Assembly: GCA_977017645.1 (NCBI GenBank)
Contig: OZ360222.1
Coordinates: forward strand, 216,566,001 to 216,630,000
Source of the DNA: Torpedo marmorata
Taxonomy: Eukaryota
Direction of reading: 5' to 3'
DNA: 64,000 nt
The notes beneath the pieces were generated by a model. It did not search any database and was not told where the DNA came from. It worked only from the letters and a program-made list of their open reading frames with translations. The translations under genes were made by a program, and so were the position numbers. Of the stretch, positions 61,225 through 64,000 are shown in pieces (the stretch's first letter is position 1; every line of letters begins with the position of its first letter).

Positions 61225-61645
61225 AACATCGACTTCTCCGGTTTCTGCTATACCACTCCCTGTTCTCCCTCTCTTCCGTATCCCTCTGTCTCCTTTTCTT
61301 CAGCTCTCCATCCCCTTCCCTCTCCATTCACAGAGCTATCCCCCTTCCACCTGTTTTGTTTTGTGCCCTCCCTCCCTTATCCACCTATTACCTCTTGCCT
61401 GTGGGCCAGTGCTCCTCCCCCTGCCCCTCCCCCTTACCATTTTATTCATTTGACAGAATGAACTGAAATTTCCAAGACTCCAATCACCTATATTTTGCTC
61501 ATACCCTGATGACGGGCTCAAGCCCGAAACGTTGGTAATATATCTTTATATTTTCTACATAAAGTACGTTATTTAACCTGCTGAGTTTTTCCAGCATTGT
61601 GTTTTTACTTCAATCACGGCATCTGCAGACTTTCCTGTTTCACTC
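61225..61645 (+). mobile_element. Penelope-like 3' terminal fragment
   Basis: INIDFSGF end of ORF, pyrimidine-rich UTR and terminus matching 11106-11460. Confidence 0.85.
61500..61545 (+). ncRNA. Minimal hammerhead-ribozyme-like motif in the Penelope terminus
   Basis: CTGATGA-C-GGGCT-CA-AGCCC-GAAAC-GTTG-GTA; core boxes and stem II clear, stem I weak. Confidence 0.55.
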
Positions 61646-61826
61646 AGTTTATGATATCTATTACTTAAATTAACTTTTTCAAATAAAATATTGCAATTGT
61701 TCTTGGTTACAATCCATTGATATATGTGTTCATTTATCATGAAGAGTACAGAAACGACACTGTTAATGATACATGAACATACCAATGAAAGTGAAATTAA
61801 CGAAGGCTATTCTTTTTTGTGATCAG

Positions 61827-61927
61827 GTAAATGAAAAGCAACAACATGACTTACAGCTTCTTCATTTGAATCTTGAAAGTTCTCAGGAATTTATCCAAAA
61901 ACAGGAAGAGAAAATTCTTGAAATTAG
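61827..61927 (+). CDS. ccdc62: ccdc62 exon (VNEKQQHDLQLLHLNLESSQEFIQ...), after a 29.3-kb intron
   Basis: Similar to CCDC62 KQQSDLQFLNFNVENSQELIQ; CAG acceptor in phase 0, AG|GTAGGC donor. Confidence 0.88.
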
Positions 61928-62619
61928 GTAGGCATAAAAATTTGATTTTGTCATTTTATGTTTCACTCTAATTTCGTATACCAGCACCATTCCATGCTAT
62001 CCTCATTAACTCAATGGCTTATTGATTAGTGTATTAAAAGGACACATTATAATTGTGTCTTTTGTTGAAACTAGCACAAGCTAGCGAATATGCAGCTGTG
62101 TGCCACATATGTAACTATAATTTTATGAAATGTATGTGGACATGGAATTACAGTGGCCTTATTTATTAGAAAATAATTAACTAATGAATCTCATTGAGAT
62201 CTGCATTATAGGTGAAGTAAGGTGCAGGTAGTGTGATATTAGGTTTCTGTAATATGTCCATAGTAAAATGCTTGAGATTTACTGGTATATGACTGGTCTT
62301 GCTTGACTAATATAGGCATACCTTGTATAACACGGTTAATACATTCCAAACAAGTTCAGTGTTATGGAAAACCGCACTGTTCAAAGCATTATTACAATGT
62401 ACTTTAATGTAATACGCTCCAATCCTATAATTATTTATTCTTTTACCTAGAACTCTTATGCAAACATGTGGATAAAATATTTAAAAGAGATATATAAAAC
62501 TGAAAAATGACAAAGATCTTTATTGGCAATAAGTGAAAATTGTTTATTTAAGAAAATATTTGTCTAATGTAGTTTGCACTTCTTTAGTTCCAGCTCCCCC
62601 TGCCTGTCTCCGGCAAACT

Positions 62620-63872
62620 CAGTGATTGCCCACCCGGGATGGTGACTGCCCGGGACGGTGACTGCCTGCTTGGGACGTTGACTGCCCACTCGTGACTGTG
62701 ACTGCCCACCCGGGATGGTGACTGACCGCTCGGCATGGTGACTGCCCGGGACGGGGACCGACCGCTCCGGACGGTGACTGCCTGGGACATTGACTGCCCG
62801 CTCATGACCGTGACTGCCCGCCCGGGACCGTGACTGCCTGCCCGGGATGGTGACTGACCGCTTGGGATGGTGACTGACCACTCGGCATGGTGACTGCCCG
62901 GGACGGGGACCGACCGCTCCGGACGGTGACTTCCTGGACGGTGACTGCCTGGGACATTGACTGCCCGCTCACGACCGTGACTGCCCGCCCGGGACCGTGA
63001 CTGCCCGCCAGGGACGGGGACTGCCCGCTTGGGACGGGGACCGACAGCCCAGGACGGGGATGGTGACTGCTTGCCCGGGACGGTGACTGCCTGCTTGGGA
63101 CGTTGACTGCCCACTCGCGACCGTGACTGCCCGCCCGGGACGGTGACTGCCCGGGACGGTGACTGCCCGGGACGGTGACTGCCCACTCGGGACGCAGACC
63201 GACAGCTCAGAATGGTGACTGCCCGGGACGGTGACTGCCCGCTCGGGACGGAGACCGACCGCTCAGGACGGTGACTGCCCGCTTGGGACGTAGTCTGCCT
63301 GGGACGGTGACTGCCCAGGACGGTGACTACCCACTCAGGACGGAGACCGACCGCTCAGGATGGTGACTGCCCAGGACGGTGACTGCCCGCTCGGGACGGG
63401 GACCGACAGCCCAGGACGGGGACCGACAGCCCGGGATGGTGACTGCTTGCCTGGGACGGTGACTGCCTGCTTGGGACGTTGACTGCCCACTCGCGACCGT
63501 GACTGCCCGCACGGGACGGTGACTGCCCGGGACGGTGACTGCCCACTCGGGACGCAGACCGACAGCTCAGAATGGTGACTGCCCGGGACGGTGACTGCCC
63601 GCTCGGGACGGAGACCGACCGCTCAGGACGGTGACTGCCCGCTTGGGACGTAGTCTGCCTGGGACGGTGACTGCCCAGGACGGTGACTGCCCACTCAGGA
63701 CGGAGACCGACCGCTCAGGATGGTGACTACCCAGGACAGTGACTGCCCGCTCGGGACGGAGACCGACCGCTCAGGACAGTGACTGCCCGGGACGGGGACC
63801 GACCGCTCGGGACGGTGACTGCCCGGGACGGGGACCGACCGCTCGTGACGGGGACCGACCGCTCGGGTCGGG
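62620..63872. repeat. GC-rich minisatellite (GGGACGGTGACTGCCC(GCTC) variants) with a 360-bp higher-order duplication
   Basis: 16-20-bp units; sequence at 63181-63320 recurs at 63541-63680. Confidence 0.95.
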
Positions 63873-64000
63873 GATTTACACATTTTCCTTGAAAATAAGT
63901 AAATCATTGACCATGTTGTCATTTTGAATTGACTGTAAATTACATGCTGAAAGAATGGCTAACCAACCTGAAATCATACCAAAATAGGCACAAGGTCAAT

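Noticed and set aside
62564-63927. Several 60-200-aa repetitive ORFs
   Set aside because: These are translations of a GC-rich minisatellite that lacks stop codons.

Overview
Eukaryotic, repeat-dense vertebrate DNA. The repeat families present (CR1 with esterase ORF1, Rex/Babar, Penelope, V-SINE-like head, AT-rich L1) suggest a cartilaginous fish, which is an inference. One host gene runs through the window on the + strand: a CCDC62 orthologue. I can place 10 phase-consistent coding exons between 8830 and 61927, and the gene continues past the window. Almost everything else is transposable elements, many with readable target-site duplications (TSDs). The 29.3-kb intron at 32536-61826 holds a five-level nest: Tigger-like MITE > Helitron end > Gypsy > BEL/Pao > two L1s, a young Gypsy, a Penelope and a GC-rich retroposon. 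The four strongest leads are: (1) a young Gypsy with no tRNA primer-binding site, whose PBS position is a perfect 13-nt complement of its own LTR; (2) a BEL element whose Gag starts with a SAP-like domain and whose RT/RNase H/integrase core is replaced by filler; (3) an LTR with a double-CRE palindrome and TATA box 0.6 kb upstream of the first ccdc62 coding exon; (4) hammerhead-like motifs in Penelope termini. All coordinates and comparisons were read by eye and no searches were run.
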